A stretch of 62,968 bases of DNA, counting the filler, from Octopus bimaculoides (lineage: Eukaryota): NCBI RefSeq assembly GCF_001194135.2. It is 6 parts of 4 records of this genome, joined end to end, with 100 filler letters (N's around TTAATTAATTAA, not from the genome) between each part and the next. Parts side by side here need not be neighbours in the genome. Positions count along the whole stretch, not along the records: positions 19,347 to 43,681 come from NC_068989.1; 5 more parts are not named here. The stretch is one strand, 5' to 3'. Made by a program: the position numbers and the translations under genes. Positions 26,248 to 41,200 of this stretch are shown here, piece by piece. The notes under the pieces are model-generated. The model was not told the DNA's origin. It saw only the letters and a program-made list of their open reading frames with translations, and did no database searches. Each line of letters starts with the position of its first letter. The first letter of the stretch is position 1.

Positions 26248-26608
26248 TATATATNNNNNNNNNNNNNNNNNNNNNNNNNNNNNNNNNNNNNNNNNNNNNN
26301 NNNNNNNNNNNNNNNNNNNNNNNNNNNNNNNNNNNNNNNNNNNNNATATATATATTTATTTATACATTTACTGAATTTTAAATTGATGATTACATTTAAA
26401 TGATTACATTGTTCAATTAAACGGAGTTGCATGAAACGATCGTTCTGCATTACCTTTGGATATCCTTGTTGCTTATTTTAATTATACACACACACACACA
26501 CGCATATATATATATATATATATATACAACATAATTCATACATGTATATTGATATATATACATATGTGTGTGTGTATATGTGTGACTGTGTTTATATGTA
26601 TGTCTCTC

Positions 26609-26642
<34 letters not shown>

Positions 26643-27133
26643 GTGTGTGCTGTGTATGTTTTCCAGTCCGTGTGTAGTGGATATATACCATATGTATATA
26701 TATAACATTTGTACAATTTATCAAATGCTAAGTGAATGGCATATATTTTCACAAGACCGATTGTGTCTTCTAATTGCAATTATAATTGTCGTATTATGTA
26801 GGCGAAACTCTACATGCAGTTATTTATCATGGTGCAAAGCACTTCAGAAGTAATTTGATTTGTGTCAGCCACATTGTAAATATTCATAATCGGTGTCAAT
26901 TATTTCTTCTGAACGATCACGTCTAATGATGATATCGACGTTTATCCGTATCACTGAGGAAATCTAACAATATCAACATTTCTCATTTGCAGACATTACT
27001 TCCTGTTAAATAAAGAGCCACACCTACATGAGCTTACATTCAAGAAGCGCAGTGTAATAGTTTTAGCACTTCAATGTTATATTTACTTTTGAAATATAAC
27101 AACAGGTAGGTTTGTTATATAGCTGCACAGATA

Positions 27134-27540
27134 GGCGTAGGAGTGGCTGTGTAGTAAGTAGCTTGCTTACCAACCACATGGTTCCGGGTTCAGTCCCACT
27201 GCGTGGCACCTTGGGCAAGTGTCTTCTACTATAGCCTCGGGCCGACCAAAGCCTTGTGAGTGGATCTGCTAGACGGAAACTGAAAGAAGCCTGTCGTATA
27301 TATGTATATATATGTGTGTGTATATGTTTGCGTGTCTGTGTTTGTCCCACCAACATCGCTTGACAACCGATGCTGGTGTGTTTACGTCCCCGTAACTTAG
27401 CGGTTCGGCAAAAAAGACCGAGAGAATAAGTACTAGGCTTACAAAGAATAAGTCCTGGGGTCGATTTGCTCGACTAAAGTTGGTGCTCCAGCATGGCCGC
27501 AGTCAAATGACTCAAACAAGCAAAAGAGTAAAAAGAGTAA
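27134..27540 (+). mobile_element. Full-length ~410-bp tRNA-derived SINE (family B), young copy
   Basis: A-box-like TGGCTGTGTAGT, B-box-like GGTTCAGTCCC, accttgggcaagt domain, internal (TA/TG)n and aaaagagt tail. CpGs largely retained. Confidence 0.85.
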
Positions 27541-28347
27541 ATAATCTCAGTTAATCCAAAGTTTCTCATTCTTCAAATTACATATGAGTAAATATACAGC
27601 ATATCTGAGTTTGTGTATGTATGCATGTATATATACATGTGTGTGCATGTGTGTGTGTGTGTGTGTGTGTGTATGTTTGTAGGTATGCTGGTACAAACAT
27701 GAAAAATAGTACGAAATACATGTATATGTATATTTTTATTAATATTTTATTAACGTTTATGGAAAGTCATTATAGCTTCACTCCTCTTTTTACCGAGAAT
27801 ATTCAAATCCAGCAGGCGCCAGGGACCTAGGCTAAAAGCATTAAGTTTCTGTGAAAAGCAAACGAGTGTATACAAAATTAAAACAAGAACGTGAAAAGGA
27901 AACCCGAGAAAGGTAGAATACAAAAGAACGGCTTTCGGCTACACAACAAACGGGAAATAATTGTACATTTACAAATACAGATAGATAAATAACAGAAAGG
28001 GTGTTTCGGCTATCGGATGAACGTACCGTTAGTACAAGGTTTAATGCTTTTAGTTGAAATCTCTGGCACCTACAGGATTCAAACAGTCTCGGTAGGAAGG
28101 GGTGCGAAATTATAATACATTTCCAGAAACAGACTGAAGAGGAAATCTGCTGCGAGTGGTCTGTGAATCTCGTTTCTGTTCTGTTTGCCGTTTGTTATGT
28201 TATCGTCTATTTTCTGTATGTTGTGTTTTGTTTGACTTCCGCTTGTTACGTTCTTTTTGTCATACCTCTGATTTCTTATATATGTACACACACACACACA
28301 CAGACACACACACACATGTATATATATATATCTGTATGTGTGTGGGC

Positions 28348-28383
<36 letters not shown>

Positions 28384-29118
28384 NNNNNNNNNNNNNNNNN
28401 NNNNNNNNNNNNNNNNNNNNNNNNNNNNNNNNNNNNNNNNNNNNNNNNNNNNNNNNNNNNNNNNNNNNNNNNNNNNNNNNNNNNNNNNNNNNNNNNNNNN
28501 NNNNNNNNNNNNNNNNNNNNNNNNNNNNNNNNNNNNNNNNNNNNNNNNNNNNNNNNNNNNNNNNNNNNNNNNNNNNNNNNNNNNNNNNNNNNNNNNNNNN
28601 NNNNNNNNNNNNNNNNNNNNNNNNNNNNNNNNNNNNNNNNNNNNNNNNNNNNNNNNNNNNNNNNNNNNNNNNNNNNNNNNNNNNNNNNNNNNNNNNNNNN
28701 NNNNNNNNNNNNNNNNNNNNNNNNNNNNNNNNNNNNNNNNNNNNNNNNNNNNNNNNNNNNNNNNNNNNNNNNNNNNNNNNNNNNNNNNNNNNNNNNNNNN
28801 NNNNNNNNNNNNNNNNNNNNNNNNNNNNNNNNNNNNNNNNNNNNNNNNNNNNNNNNNNNNNNNNNNNNNNNNNNNNNNNNNNNNNNNNNNNNNNNNNNNN
28901 NNNNNNNNNNNNNNNNNNNNNNNNNNNNNNNNNNNNNNNNNNNNNNNNNNNNNNNNNNNNNNNNNNNNNNNNNNNNNNNNNNNNNNNNNNNNNNNNNNNN
29001 NNNNNNNNNNNNNNNNNNNNNNNNNNNNNNNNNNNNNNNNNNNNNNNNNNNNNNNNNNNNNNNNNNNNNNNNNNNNNNNNNNNNNNNNNNNNNNNNNNNN
29101 NNNNNNNNNNNNNNNNNN

Positions 29119-29152
<34 letters not shown>

Positions 29153-32100
29153 ATATGTAGGTGTAGATTAAAGTTGCACATTCATACATGTTTTCTATAC
29201 ATGTCTTTATCTCTATGCGTACGTGCGTGGTGTTTTCTGTAAATACATGCGGCTTTAAATATAGCTTTCCGTAGAATGTTAGTTATGATAAAAAATGTTC
29301 GCAATTAAAACATATTCCCAGTTTTGCACATAGGAAAATATTCGATGTAAAAATGATTACTTACTGATTTTCCCCCAATAATGTTATGACAGTAATATAG
29401 GAATACACCATGAAAATGCATTATTTATGAAATTGCTTACTATCCTAATACACTTTGTTCAAAGTAAAATTGAATATGAATGAGTACCATGGTTTAATCT
29501 AGAGAGAAATTAATGATATTCATAAATTAAGACTAAATAAAGTTAATATATGTCTAACACGCAGCCAAGCAAAATTTTGTTCAGAGCTGAAGATTTGGAA
29601 ATCTAATTTCTTCACTGCCTATTAATGAAGACGCTTATATATGTGCAAGGTGTAACGCGAGAATTGAATAATGTATATCATCTATTTGGGAATATATTAA
29701 CGAAATCAGAAAAATTGCTGGATCATAAAAAGATAGGAACGTATAATTTCCACTCCCGACTGATTAAGAATGATTAAACAATGAAATGAATAATATATGT
29801 AGACACATTTTAGAGATGCTNNNNNNNNNNNNNNNNNNNNNNNNNNNNNNNNNNNNNNNNNNNNNNNNNNNNNNNNNNNNNNNNNNNNNNNNNNNNNNNN
29901 NNNNNNNNNNNNNNNNNNNNATATATTCTTTAATATTCATTTATATTCATTTATATTCATTTATATATTCATTTATATTCATTTATATTCATTTATATAT
30001 TCATTTATATCTATGTTTATTTATATATTTATTTGTGTCTGTCTGTCTTTGTATGTATGAATGTATGTATGTATGTATGTATGCGTGTGTAGTCGTATTA
30101 TGTCATTTTATATACCTACCACGATTTGGCATTAACCAGAATGATGATTCAATACTCTGAAGTAGAGAGCATGTTAGTTTTGTTTTTGCCATGAAAAGAT
30201 TGGAAGGAACTCGAAGTTTCATTCACTTGCCTCATATGTATGTCTGTGTGCGTGTATATGTGTATATGTAAGTGTATGTATGTGTGTGTATATGTGCTTG
30301 TATACGAGTTTGCATGTATGAATATATATAATTTTTCCAACTGTTATTGCCTGAGTTCACGATCGAAGTTATGTTGCGGTTTGTCTTTCCGATGCTGATA
30401 TTATGTAAAATAGAAGAGCAAGGTGATGATCTGAAGTAATACTTTGCCGTGCAAAGGCATTTTGTTTTACCTCCATTTATGATTTTACTAAACCCCAAAC
30501 CACACTGAGTGATACGCAGGAAGACAGTTTTTGTTATCTAGCGAGCTTTATAACCATATTATTTACTCTTCTATACGCAGATAGTGTTTGTGCTCGCACG
30601 TGTGAAGTTGTGCGTCTCCTTTTATGACTTGCAATTAGACTTCTGTTTAAATATAAACAATATGAGAGATCACTATGTGGATCCCTTGTATGCGAAAAAT
30701 AGACGTCAAACCGACTAGCGACTAAATCTGTGTTCTCAACTTAGTAAGACGCTAGATGTTTAAGAGCTAGACAAATCAAAAGAAATAAACATAGCACTTA
30801 ATTCTGGTTATCTTAATAATATTAAGAAAAAAAAATCATAATCTACGTTGTTTCTTCAAAGTATGCGTCACATAGTAGAGTTATTCAGCTTATTAAATAA
30901 TCTATATACTGAGCCAATTTTTTTTTCAACCGTTAACAAAATAACTTATATGTAGTTTAAAACATCTATTTTATGGTCTGCAAAATATTTAATGTACATA
31001 ATTTAATATTATTTCATATTTAATAACTTTGAAATAATTTTAAAAATATGTTTTCAAGCATATATTTTCCAAAAGATGTTTTGAACGTAATAATTTTAAA
31101 AAGCTAATGTTATTAAAATTTTGGCTGATATTTTATTGGTTTTTCTAAAGTATTTAAATCAAATATCGCTGTTTCTTTGATGGTACTTGATCTCAGTGGA
31201 GTTACAATTTTAATTTTATAATCAAGCATGGTTCTCTACAACTCAAAGTTACCAGTTATCCAAATGTTCAGGGCAGTTTCAATATGATTTTCACGACTTT
31301 TCCAATGTTCAAATTGTATTTGTGTGTATTTATATTCATGAACATCAACCGACGCTTCCGTAGTCGGTATGGTTCACTTGCAAGCCAGCCGAGTCTTAGA
31401 ATGTGTGTGACCGAAGTCATTTAAGACTTAAGCTTGTTTTCTCACTCATAGATCTATGTATGATTCCGGATGTAGTAACCTCTCAGCAAGAAATGCAAGT
31501 TGCATTTACATTGAAATCCTGTAATAACTATACCTCCCAAGGAGCAAATAAAGAGACAATGTGTATATAGATAGTGGCTATCTGTATAATATGTTCGTGA
31601 ATGTTTAATAGGTCGGATGTGGTGCTGAACAGAAATCAAGAACTTCGGGAATATGCATATACACCCATTACTTGTTTTTGCATCTTTGATTATATTATTT
31701 ACGTAGACGTATTCGTATACGAAACATCGTAACTCTCAGTGCTAGCTCTAAAATTTGAAATGACAATTTTAAAAAGTGATTGAATCGCACTGTTATCACG
31801 GCAGGGAACATCATTGACTTATGAAGACTTTAATATAATTCGTAGTATGTTACGGTTGCATAACGAAAAGCAGTTTCCCTAAAGCAATTAAAAAGGGATA
31901 GTTAATAAATATGATGCAAAAATAATAACAGTGTTCTAGCATGCCCACAACTCACAGTCTGAGATGGAGAACAAATTAAAGATAGATTTCAAATTGTTCT
32001 AAGTATCCGTATTTAAGACAGTAAAGCTTTTCCTCGCAGATTAGTAACCACGTTTATGTACATAGACCGCTTAAGTGGAATTGGATAGAAATTACATGAA

Positions 32101-32497
32101 TATTTGTATTATTATTAAGGATGGCTGTTATATTTTATGTAATCATTTTCGGTTCAATCCGCTTCATATGTCTCCTTATATTCTTCAGTATAAACCATCT
32201 ATCAATCAAACACGCATTTGACATGACTAACCGAATGGTTTATAATTTAGGCATGAATGTGATTCTTCGGAATTACCAAAATTTAATGTTCCAATATAAA
32301 TATATATTAAGTATATTATACCTTTAGAGATATAGGACTGAACACTTCGTTAAACGTCTTCGTAAGTTAACTTCAGAAAGCAATGAAAGGGTAAATAACA
32401 AACGAATATATAGAAAAATATTCTGAAGTAGAATTACAAGATGTAAAGTAAAAGGGATGCTAAGAATGTGAAACTGATTAGATAGAAGACACATAAA

Positions 32498-33870
32498 TTC
32501 CTTACTCACCCCGGACTAAGTAATCCAGATAGAGTTTACTCACTTTTCACCATGAGTTAGAGTTTATTTATTATGGGGTGTATAAAGCGAGTGGGAGTTG
32601 GGAGGTGAATGTTTGCGTGTAAGTACTTTAGGTTGTTCCCGGCTAAATGGGATTTTTAGATGAAGAATCTATCGTATCATTTGTACAGAATCAAGCGGGT
32701 TTTCCAATACTTGAGAAAGACAAAGATGTTTATATGTGGAAAAAAAAAAAATGTTCGCATATTTTCTATTAAGAAGAGGCGGTTTAGCCGTTAGAATTTC
32801 CAGGCGTTCGGTTAAACAAATATGGCAACGTCTATTGGTAGAGTTGTAAGAAGTTGTTTTTGCGAGTATGCGCGATTCTAATGTATATTCTATTTTTTAT
32901 CCTTAAGCTCCCAGATATAGCTACTAAGCCCTGTAAAATTGTCCACGTGTTTACTCTCGCTAGACGTTTCACCGGTGGTGTAAAGAAAGGGGGTTAACTC
33001 ATGGTGAAAATGGCGCTAACTCTATCAGGATTACTCAGTCCGGGGTAAGGAATATATGTGTCTATTGGACTTAAAGGTATAGGAATTTCATAGTAAGGGA
33101 GGAAGCCCTGTGTAGGTGTAAAATGATTTATGATGGAGTGTGTAAATCGAGTGGAGGCTGGAAGGTGAATGTTTGCGTGTGAGTACTTTAAGTGGTTCCC
33201 GGCTAAATGGAATTATTTAGATGAAGAAGCTAGCGTAGGATTTGTACAGGGTCAAGCGGGTTTACCATTACTAGGAAAATACAAAGAGTCCTATATGTAG
33301 TCAAAATGAACTGTTCTCATATTTTCTGTTAAGAAGAAGTGGTTTAGCCGTTAGAATTTCCAGGCGTTCGGTTAAACAAACATCGCACCGTCTATTGGTT
33401 GAGTTTTAAGAAGTTGTTTTCGTGAGTATGCGCCATTCTAATCTATATTCAATTTGTTTGTCCTTAAGCTCCCAGATATAGCCTTACTCCTATTTCTGAA
33501 GCTAGATTCATGTTGGAGGTACAAAAGCATCATTTGGTTTTCGTGGCTCCTATATAGGAATTTATATGGCTATTTGAATACATCACATTGGTATCTAGTT
33601 TTACATCTATTAGACAATTGGCTCTTACTTCTATCCCTGCAGCTACGTAAATTATTAGGCACATCTGTCTTCGTGTTATGTTGTGGAGGGGCTTTTACTA
33701 CTCTCGTTTTTGTGTTACTTGGAGGCGCTTCATTAGTGGTGGGATTTGTTCTGTTAGTCTGTTGGTTGTTAGATTTATTGTTCCTAGTATTCCTAGCTTC
33801 ATATTATTTGTCTTTATTCTCATTACCAATGGATCCATATGCCTTTCGCTCTCCTCACCTCTACATATGA
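32498..33870 (-). mobile_element. PLE 3' end: decayed GIY-YIG endonuclease plus duplicated pseudo-LTR and a short inverted segment
   Basis: - strand translation YQCDV...YIGAT...HESSFRNRSK...YIWELKDK..EY.L...C.ICLTERLEIL...LLNRK. Direct repeats ~32570-32921 / ~33127-33482; inverted pair 32498-32559 / 32995-33052. Confidence 0.75.
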
Positions 33871-34170
33871 CTATGCATTCTGATGATGTCTACCACTAGA
33901 ACTGGTAAACAGTAACGATCGCAAATGTACTATTACTACCACTTTTCTTAATTAATTAATTAAATTGACGGTTTACTAGCGCAAACGACCAACTTCTTCC
34001 GTTACTTTCCCTCCATTTTTCTTGCATATAATTTAAACTACGGTTTACCAGTTGAATTAGCTGCTACTGTATACATTTTATCAAGGACTGTACCTACGCA
34101 GCTAATCACCAGGAGCGTGTTTGGTTTTAACCATCCTTTAGAGGTTTTAAACACCTCTAACTTATAGCTA

Positions 34171-34204
<34 letters not shown>

Positions 34205-35170
34205 AAACCTTCAACAAAGTAACAGTCAAGTATACAACTTGAACTGACGCACATATCAGTACATAAACATACGTTCACATGTCCATACATATGTACACAC
34301 ACACACACACACGCACACACACACACACGCACACACACAAACACGTCTACACACTTACCCTATTACTCACGTACATCCATAAGTACATACGTGCATACGC
34401 ACATACATACATATATACATATATACGTACATGCGTATAGGCATGCACACATGCATACGCATGTACACAGATGCATACGCCCACACATGTGCAAGCACAT
34501 ACATACATACATACATACATACATACATACATACACACGTATGTATATATCATGAACTAACTGTTACTTTCTCAGATGCACCACAAAATTTTGTCAGTGA
34601 ACAGGTCGCGGTTTCAAAGCGACGAAAATATTTTGCCAAATTAAATTTAAATGTTGAAGTGAATCTAACGGATTTTGTGTGTTATTTTAAATGGCTTATA
34701 AACACCTTCCACGCTGCAATTGTTTTCGTTCCAGCACACGATCTCAGATCAGGTCACTTGCTATGCAAGTACATCACCGTAATATATNNNNNNNNNNNNN
34801 NNNNNNNNNNNNNNNNNNNNNNNNNNNNNNNNNNNNNNNNNNNNNNNNNNNNNNNNNNNNNNNNNNNNNNNNNNNNNNNNNNNNNNNNNNNNNNNNNNNN
34901 NNNNNNNNNNNNNNNNNNNNNNNNNNNNNNNNNNNNNNNNNNNNNNNNNNNNNNNNNNNNNNNNNNNNNNNNNNNNNNNNNNNNNNNNNNNNNNNNNNNN
35001 NNNNNNNNNNNNNNNNNNNNNNNNNNNNNNNNNNNNNNNNNNNNNNNNNNNNNNNNNNNNNNNNNNNNNNNNNNNNNNNNNNNNNNNNNNNNNNNNNNNN
35101 NNNNNNNNNNNNNNGTGTGTGTGTGTGTGTGTGTTTGTGCTTATATGTGTGTGCGTGTGTGTGCGTGCGT

Positions 35171-35203
<33 letters not shown>

Positions 35204-38200
35204 GGCGCGCGCACACGTAAGTCTGTTTGTCGATGACCTAGCGTGCTTTACGGCTTACCAGTAAGTTAATGATTTGCAGAGGAGCATGTTTAAAATATTT
35301 GTTCCCAATCCAGTTACAGAAAACCTCCTGTCAGACTTGTGCTCAGAACTACAGTAACGAGGTCGTTGAAAATTGTCAGCTACAACGCAATCGTTTACAA
35401 ATTGCGTTGTATAGCAAAATTATCGTCGGTGATTTTGTTGGTCGTCATGGCGATTATGTCACGGCTTTCCGAAGTATTAGCATTGTAAATTATCTCATCA
35501 ATTCACAGAAACAGCCTTGGTTCATAACTTGCAGTCACCAGAATGAAAATGTCTATAGCATAAATTTCTTCACGAAAAATTATATAGGAAAATCATTAAA
35601 GGTAGTGTTGTCAATAATTTTTACAAAGTTATTTATTGATATCTGATAACTCCAGCGTATATCTCAATGCCATGAAATAAGTAATCAATTTTGAATCAAT
35701 GTATATATATCATTGCAGCTTACAAGCGCGCAAAAAATAAACCTTTGCTTTGAAAGATACTTAAAAACACTTTAAAAACCCTTTGGGATATGCAAATATA
35801 AGATATATGATAAAGGCGAGGTAGTGTGTATCGTCGTATGCATACATGACTTGAATCTGCTTGCAACAGGCGAAGATGAAGTAGGTTCACTCGTTGGAAG
35901 TCGCATAGAAAAGTCATTAAATTAGCTTAGGGGATTGGAACGTGTAGGGTATTAATAAAAAAAGGTAGGAGAATGACGTAATGCAATGGAATACAATTAT
36001 CATAAGCGATTTCTAAATCATATACACACGGTTTCTTTTGAACGTTTATGTATGTTTAGTTTCGGTAAGACACTTTGCATAGAAGATAATTGCAGCAGGT
36101 TACAGTTAGTACGTAAATCTAACAGAAATGCAGCAGTAAAATTACAAACTGATTATAAACATGAACACGCAAATCTCATTTCTTTTGAGAAAGAGTGAAT
36201 ACACTCCACAATGGTATAAAACTAAACAAGTAATGTAAAATATATAGAGGGTGAGAGTGACAAAACACATTTGGTGTTTAAGGATCTATATTGGACTTAA
36301 TATACTTCATGTAATATCATTTCATATATCAGGATTCGGGATTGGCAGAAACCTAAAAAGGTTGGAGAAAATTCCTTTAACTACATAGCTGCACTTCATT
36401 ACTCTCTACATTCAAAATTAGTCTAGTTAAAATTTATATTTCGTGGTTCTAGAGCCATTAAAAAGTGATAAAATGAAAGGTTCATTATCTACATTCATCA
36501 ATAAATCTGCTTAATTGATTCTTTGGTCGAAATAGAGTTTAGAGGATTTGTTGATAAACTAACTTAGTGTGAAGCGGAGTATAAGAAATGGAAAATAATT
36601 AGAAGAAAAGTTAATTACTCCAGGACATTTTGATACGTTAGATTTATTAAGTGTGAATACCAGGACTGTAATTATTTATGAAATGCTATTAGAGATTAGG
36701 GATTACTGGAAATAAATGAAAATAAAAGGTCGAATGTCAGAATATATTACAAATATATTCATATTTTTTTCTGCATTTATAGACGAAATAGCTTAGAATA
36801 TCGAAAAGCTTTTTCATGGACGTTTACGTAATGAAGATATAGTTTAAAGACTTTGTCTAGTTGGCCGATTAGTCTGAGTTTCAGTTAGCAACAAAAGATA
36901 TTGTCCTTCATTGCGACAAGAAATAACCCAGTTAACTATTACAACAGATTTCAAAATAGCTAGAGTTTATATTTGCTCTAGGCTGCATCAGTTAAATGTT
37001 TTAACCTACAGGCAGCACCATTTAAAAGGCTGACAGATTTAAATGGTTCGCTTAAAGGCATTTCAACTAATATAGAAGTCTCATAAAATAGGGTTCCCAG
37101 TGGTATATTGTCTTTGACCTAAAGTCCCACTGTGTGATTAAGTACTTTCAATCTAGACAGTGTTCGAGATTTTAGAAGATATAGCTATGTGGACCGTATC
37201 TTTCTGCATTCCCACCTTACTTTATAGGTGCCACTTGAAAAAGTTTTGTTGTGCCAAAGACTCGCTCGTAGTTAATCAACCGAAAATTGTGCACTGTACT
37301 ACCGCGTTGTTCGTAGCTACTAGAGAGAAAGGAAAACGAATTTGATTTGCCTTGCATGGGAAGGTGACGGTTGCATTTTCACTTTGGGTTATGTTATTAA
37401 CAAGAATATACTTACATTAACAGCTGTCCCATAAAACACGGCATGAAGCTGTGTGTGAAGCGAGTTCCTATCATTCGTCATAGAACGTTTGTTGAAGAAA
37501 TCAACATCATTATCATCAAACTACTACAACATCCACCCAAACCACTACAACAACCTCGAACAACAACGACGTATTTCTCTATTTGTCTTCGATTCCTCGC
37601 TCACACACTCTACTTTCCCCTTTCTGTCTACTTCCCATTTTACATCTTTGTTCTTCCTCCTTCTTCTTCATTTTCTCCCTCTTTTATTATGCATGTACGG
37701 TTGCTTAGGAGAAGGGCTATTCAGGGGTGAAAATCATTGTGCATTTCTAATACATTGTCAATCGGTGGCCATTTGCCAGTTTTATAATAGCAAATAAAGA
37801 TGTTCCAACAGTATACAATATAAGAGGCAAGAATACAAATAAACATTATAAAAGATTTAGTTTGCTGCCAATTCAATATAGAAAAACACGAGCAAAGACG
37901 AAGGCCAGTTTAAGTGTTTACCAACAAAACACAACCTTGTTTTAGAATAATGAATCATATTACAATAATATCATAAAGGAAAAATATACGTATAATCAGT
38001 ATCAAACGATTAATTGCCAAAACTGTGTGCAAATGCTAATTCAATGTCATCTCAGGAAACTATAATTTGATAATTGTCATGTGACGAGTAACACTATGTA
38101 ATCAAAAGTTGTTTGGATTTTTCTTTGCAGAAAGAGGAAACAAGAAAACAAATCTATTTCTATAATTATGTAATTACCATTAAAAATTAAGGTGTTTGTG

Positions 38201-41200
38201 TGAAAATAAAATCATATTTACCAATTCAAAGAGAGGACTCGGAAAGAGAAACAATTTCCCACATTGAAGCATTATCGATAAAAGTTCATTAATTATAAGT
38301 CATCGATAAAGATGGTTGCCACAGTGAAACAGTAAACATTTAATAGAATGGCTTTGTTTGTATCTACCAATTTGTGCAAGTTTGGAGCTTGAGCAAGACA
38401 GGAAATTATTATTTTAAAACAAAGTCGATTGTTCGGCTGTTATTGAGAGAGGCGGATGCAGATACAAAACAGAAGACACAAATAACAGTGTTACGAGATA
38501 AATGCAGGGCGCTCTGCTCGTCAAAAGAGCCGTATATAAATACATATACATACACAGACACAGGGATATACACACAAACACATACACATATAAACATATA
38601 TTTACACATACTTTATTCTTAGCACAATTAGTAAAATCTAATCCGCCAGTCCTATTGTCTATTGTGATAGATTTACTGCTATATGTCTCAGCTACATTCA
38701 TTTCTACCGTTCTTATATTTTCCCAAGCATTCTATCCATAGGTATTTGTGGACTGTTATTTCTAGCGATTCCCGCGCCATGTCTTGTAGGGGTTGATACT
38801 TGTATTGAAGTTGTCTTCCCTCGAGAGTTGCACCTTACTGTATTACAGTTCCCCACTACATTATCTGTTATGTTGGTGTTATTGTTCAAGTCTCTTCTCT
38901 TATTAACTATTCCTGTACTGTCACCCGGTTTACCTTTATCACTATTCTAGTAAATGGGGTCATTTTTCTTGTCTACATATATACACACATACATGCATAA
39001 ACATACATACATACATATACACATACACGTATATAAATGTATACACACAAACTCACACATATTTATATAACCCAATACGTATATATTTATACACATACAA
39101 ACATATGTAATAAAATCAAAGACGCCTTTCTGCATAGAGAAGTGAGTATAACATATGGCATGAAGGGATTATTTTCCGAATTATTTTAATGGGTTTTGCT
39201 GCATCTGTTCTCTCGTATATACTAAATTCTCCAAATGATAGGTTTATTGACTTCCTGTTTCTTCCAGTTGGTTATCAAAGTGGATAAAGATAATGGAATC
39301 TCGAAACTCAAACAGCGTGCTGCCTTTCGATACGTCTGCATAGCAATAAATATTACTTGAAAAGGTTACGTCGAATATTAATATGGATAATGCATTCGAC
39401 AGTGAAATACTTATTCAGCTGCCGCAACTTGTAAATTCAACAGGACCAATATTCTACAAAGACAAACGATGATTAGGGAGAACAATACGATTATGTATTA
39501 GGTCAAAGTTCTGAATGTGATCAATGTCCCTCTATAACAAAACTTTCCAGCTACAAAATTCTATGTAACTACGTCGTGTGGCTTGAATATCTTATTATTC
39601 ATGAAAATAGATGGATGAAGCGAAATTTGTGTTCATGTGATTGCCGACCCATATTAATGGATCATAGAATATTAATGCTATCAATATTATGCCTAATAGT
39701 TTCATTTATTTCCTTTCACGCGCTTTGGGTTGTTATATTTTTTCGATTTTTCTTCTATATTCATTGATCCATTAAGATTCTTTCTGTCTTTCATATAATA
39801 ACTATTTTAACAAGGAATAATCATTACAGATGCAACTAAATCAGCCATCTACTACACGAACCTAATGGTGTCACATGTGATATCTACTCAGACCGTTCAG
39901 AAAGATATCTCATATATCGGATACCAAGGAAAATCTCCCATTTACTTTGACACGGATAACTCTACACACTCTGTAGTGCTCAACGATAATTCGAATTACT
40001 GCCATTGGGATTTTGCAACACTTCAGATTTTCAACAGGGGACTGCAGGCACACTGTTAATACATGCTAGACACCGAACTCATACTCATCGTCGGCCATAG
40101 TATTGTGCTGCATCGAAGAGAGAACTGGCTACAATCGTGTAGAAGGCACCGATTACTTTCATTCAAAACCAAACCGTTTCATGTTCTTTACACACTTTTG
40201 ATTTAGACCCATCACTTAAGGTCTGACGAAGAAAGCATTTTAGTTTCAGTTGAAGAATCGATTGCGGATCATTATATCTCTTATATTTCTTAATCACTAT
40301 CTTAAAAAAAATAATAATAAATTTTGGCTAATTCGTATCCATACGTTCTAATAAACTTCTTCGGAGTACTGCGCAATTTGGATATGATATATCCTATTTA
40401 AAATGCTGAGGAATTGTGTTGTAATTTTAAAGAGTGCTGATTGCAAATGAAAGCTATGTCCAATATTTATTACGTCTTAATCACTTCGTATGTGCAAATG
40501 AGATGTCTTTATTCTGCATAGGTGAACTAAAGGAAATTCAGTGACTGTCAGGGAGAATTGATAGTATCTTAGAAGGTTTGTAAACTTTTGCCCATTACTT
40601 TCAAATTTGCGAAGGCTGGAGGAAGGATCAATGCACAAATCACTTGCAAGCTTCTCTCTGGAATAATTTGGTTTATTTATAGAACTAAATCATACACTGT
40701 ATCTTATTGTATATTAACGTAAACAAATGCACATTGTGCTGTAATAACTCTGTGGTTAACAAATGTCCTTTACAAAGGACGTCACCTACGCAACTGATTT
40801 AAACTGTAAGAACAGATTGCCAAACGTATTTCGAGAATATTTTTACCATCTGAATAAGCCAGGAAAATATACAGGTATGGTCAAAAGAATCTGTGTAACA
40901 GAGCACTAGACACTGAAAGTAAGAATCTATATGTTAAAAATTTACCCAATCAAATGTATTGAAACGTCTTTTATTTTGCAAACAAATGCGCGTATCTATG
41001 TGGTTTTCTGTATGAAAATGTATTAGCAATTTTCACAGTGATTTAAGCTTGTAAAATAATGTGTCGAGTTGTGTGTGTACACTCGAAAATAAATATTGAT
41101 AACAAAAAAAGAGAAAACACGACCATTATCTACGTAGAGATTGATAAATAAGCAAAAGTAGATCTAAGTATTCAGGGCAGTGAGATAACACAAAGATGTG

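Noticed and set aside
28079-29242. Long ORFs of 270-360 aa here and at ~34.4-35.3, 55.5-56.2 and 57.0-58.1 kb
   Set aside because: They are N runs plus (TA)n/(CA)n microsatellites.
40215-40262. CTGACGAA-gaaagc..gtttc hammerhead-like start
   Set aside because: No GAAA-N-UH half follows stem II; at best a dead remnant.
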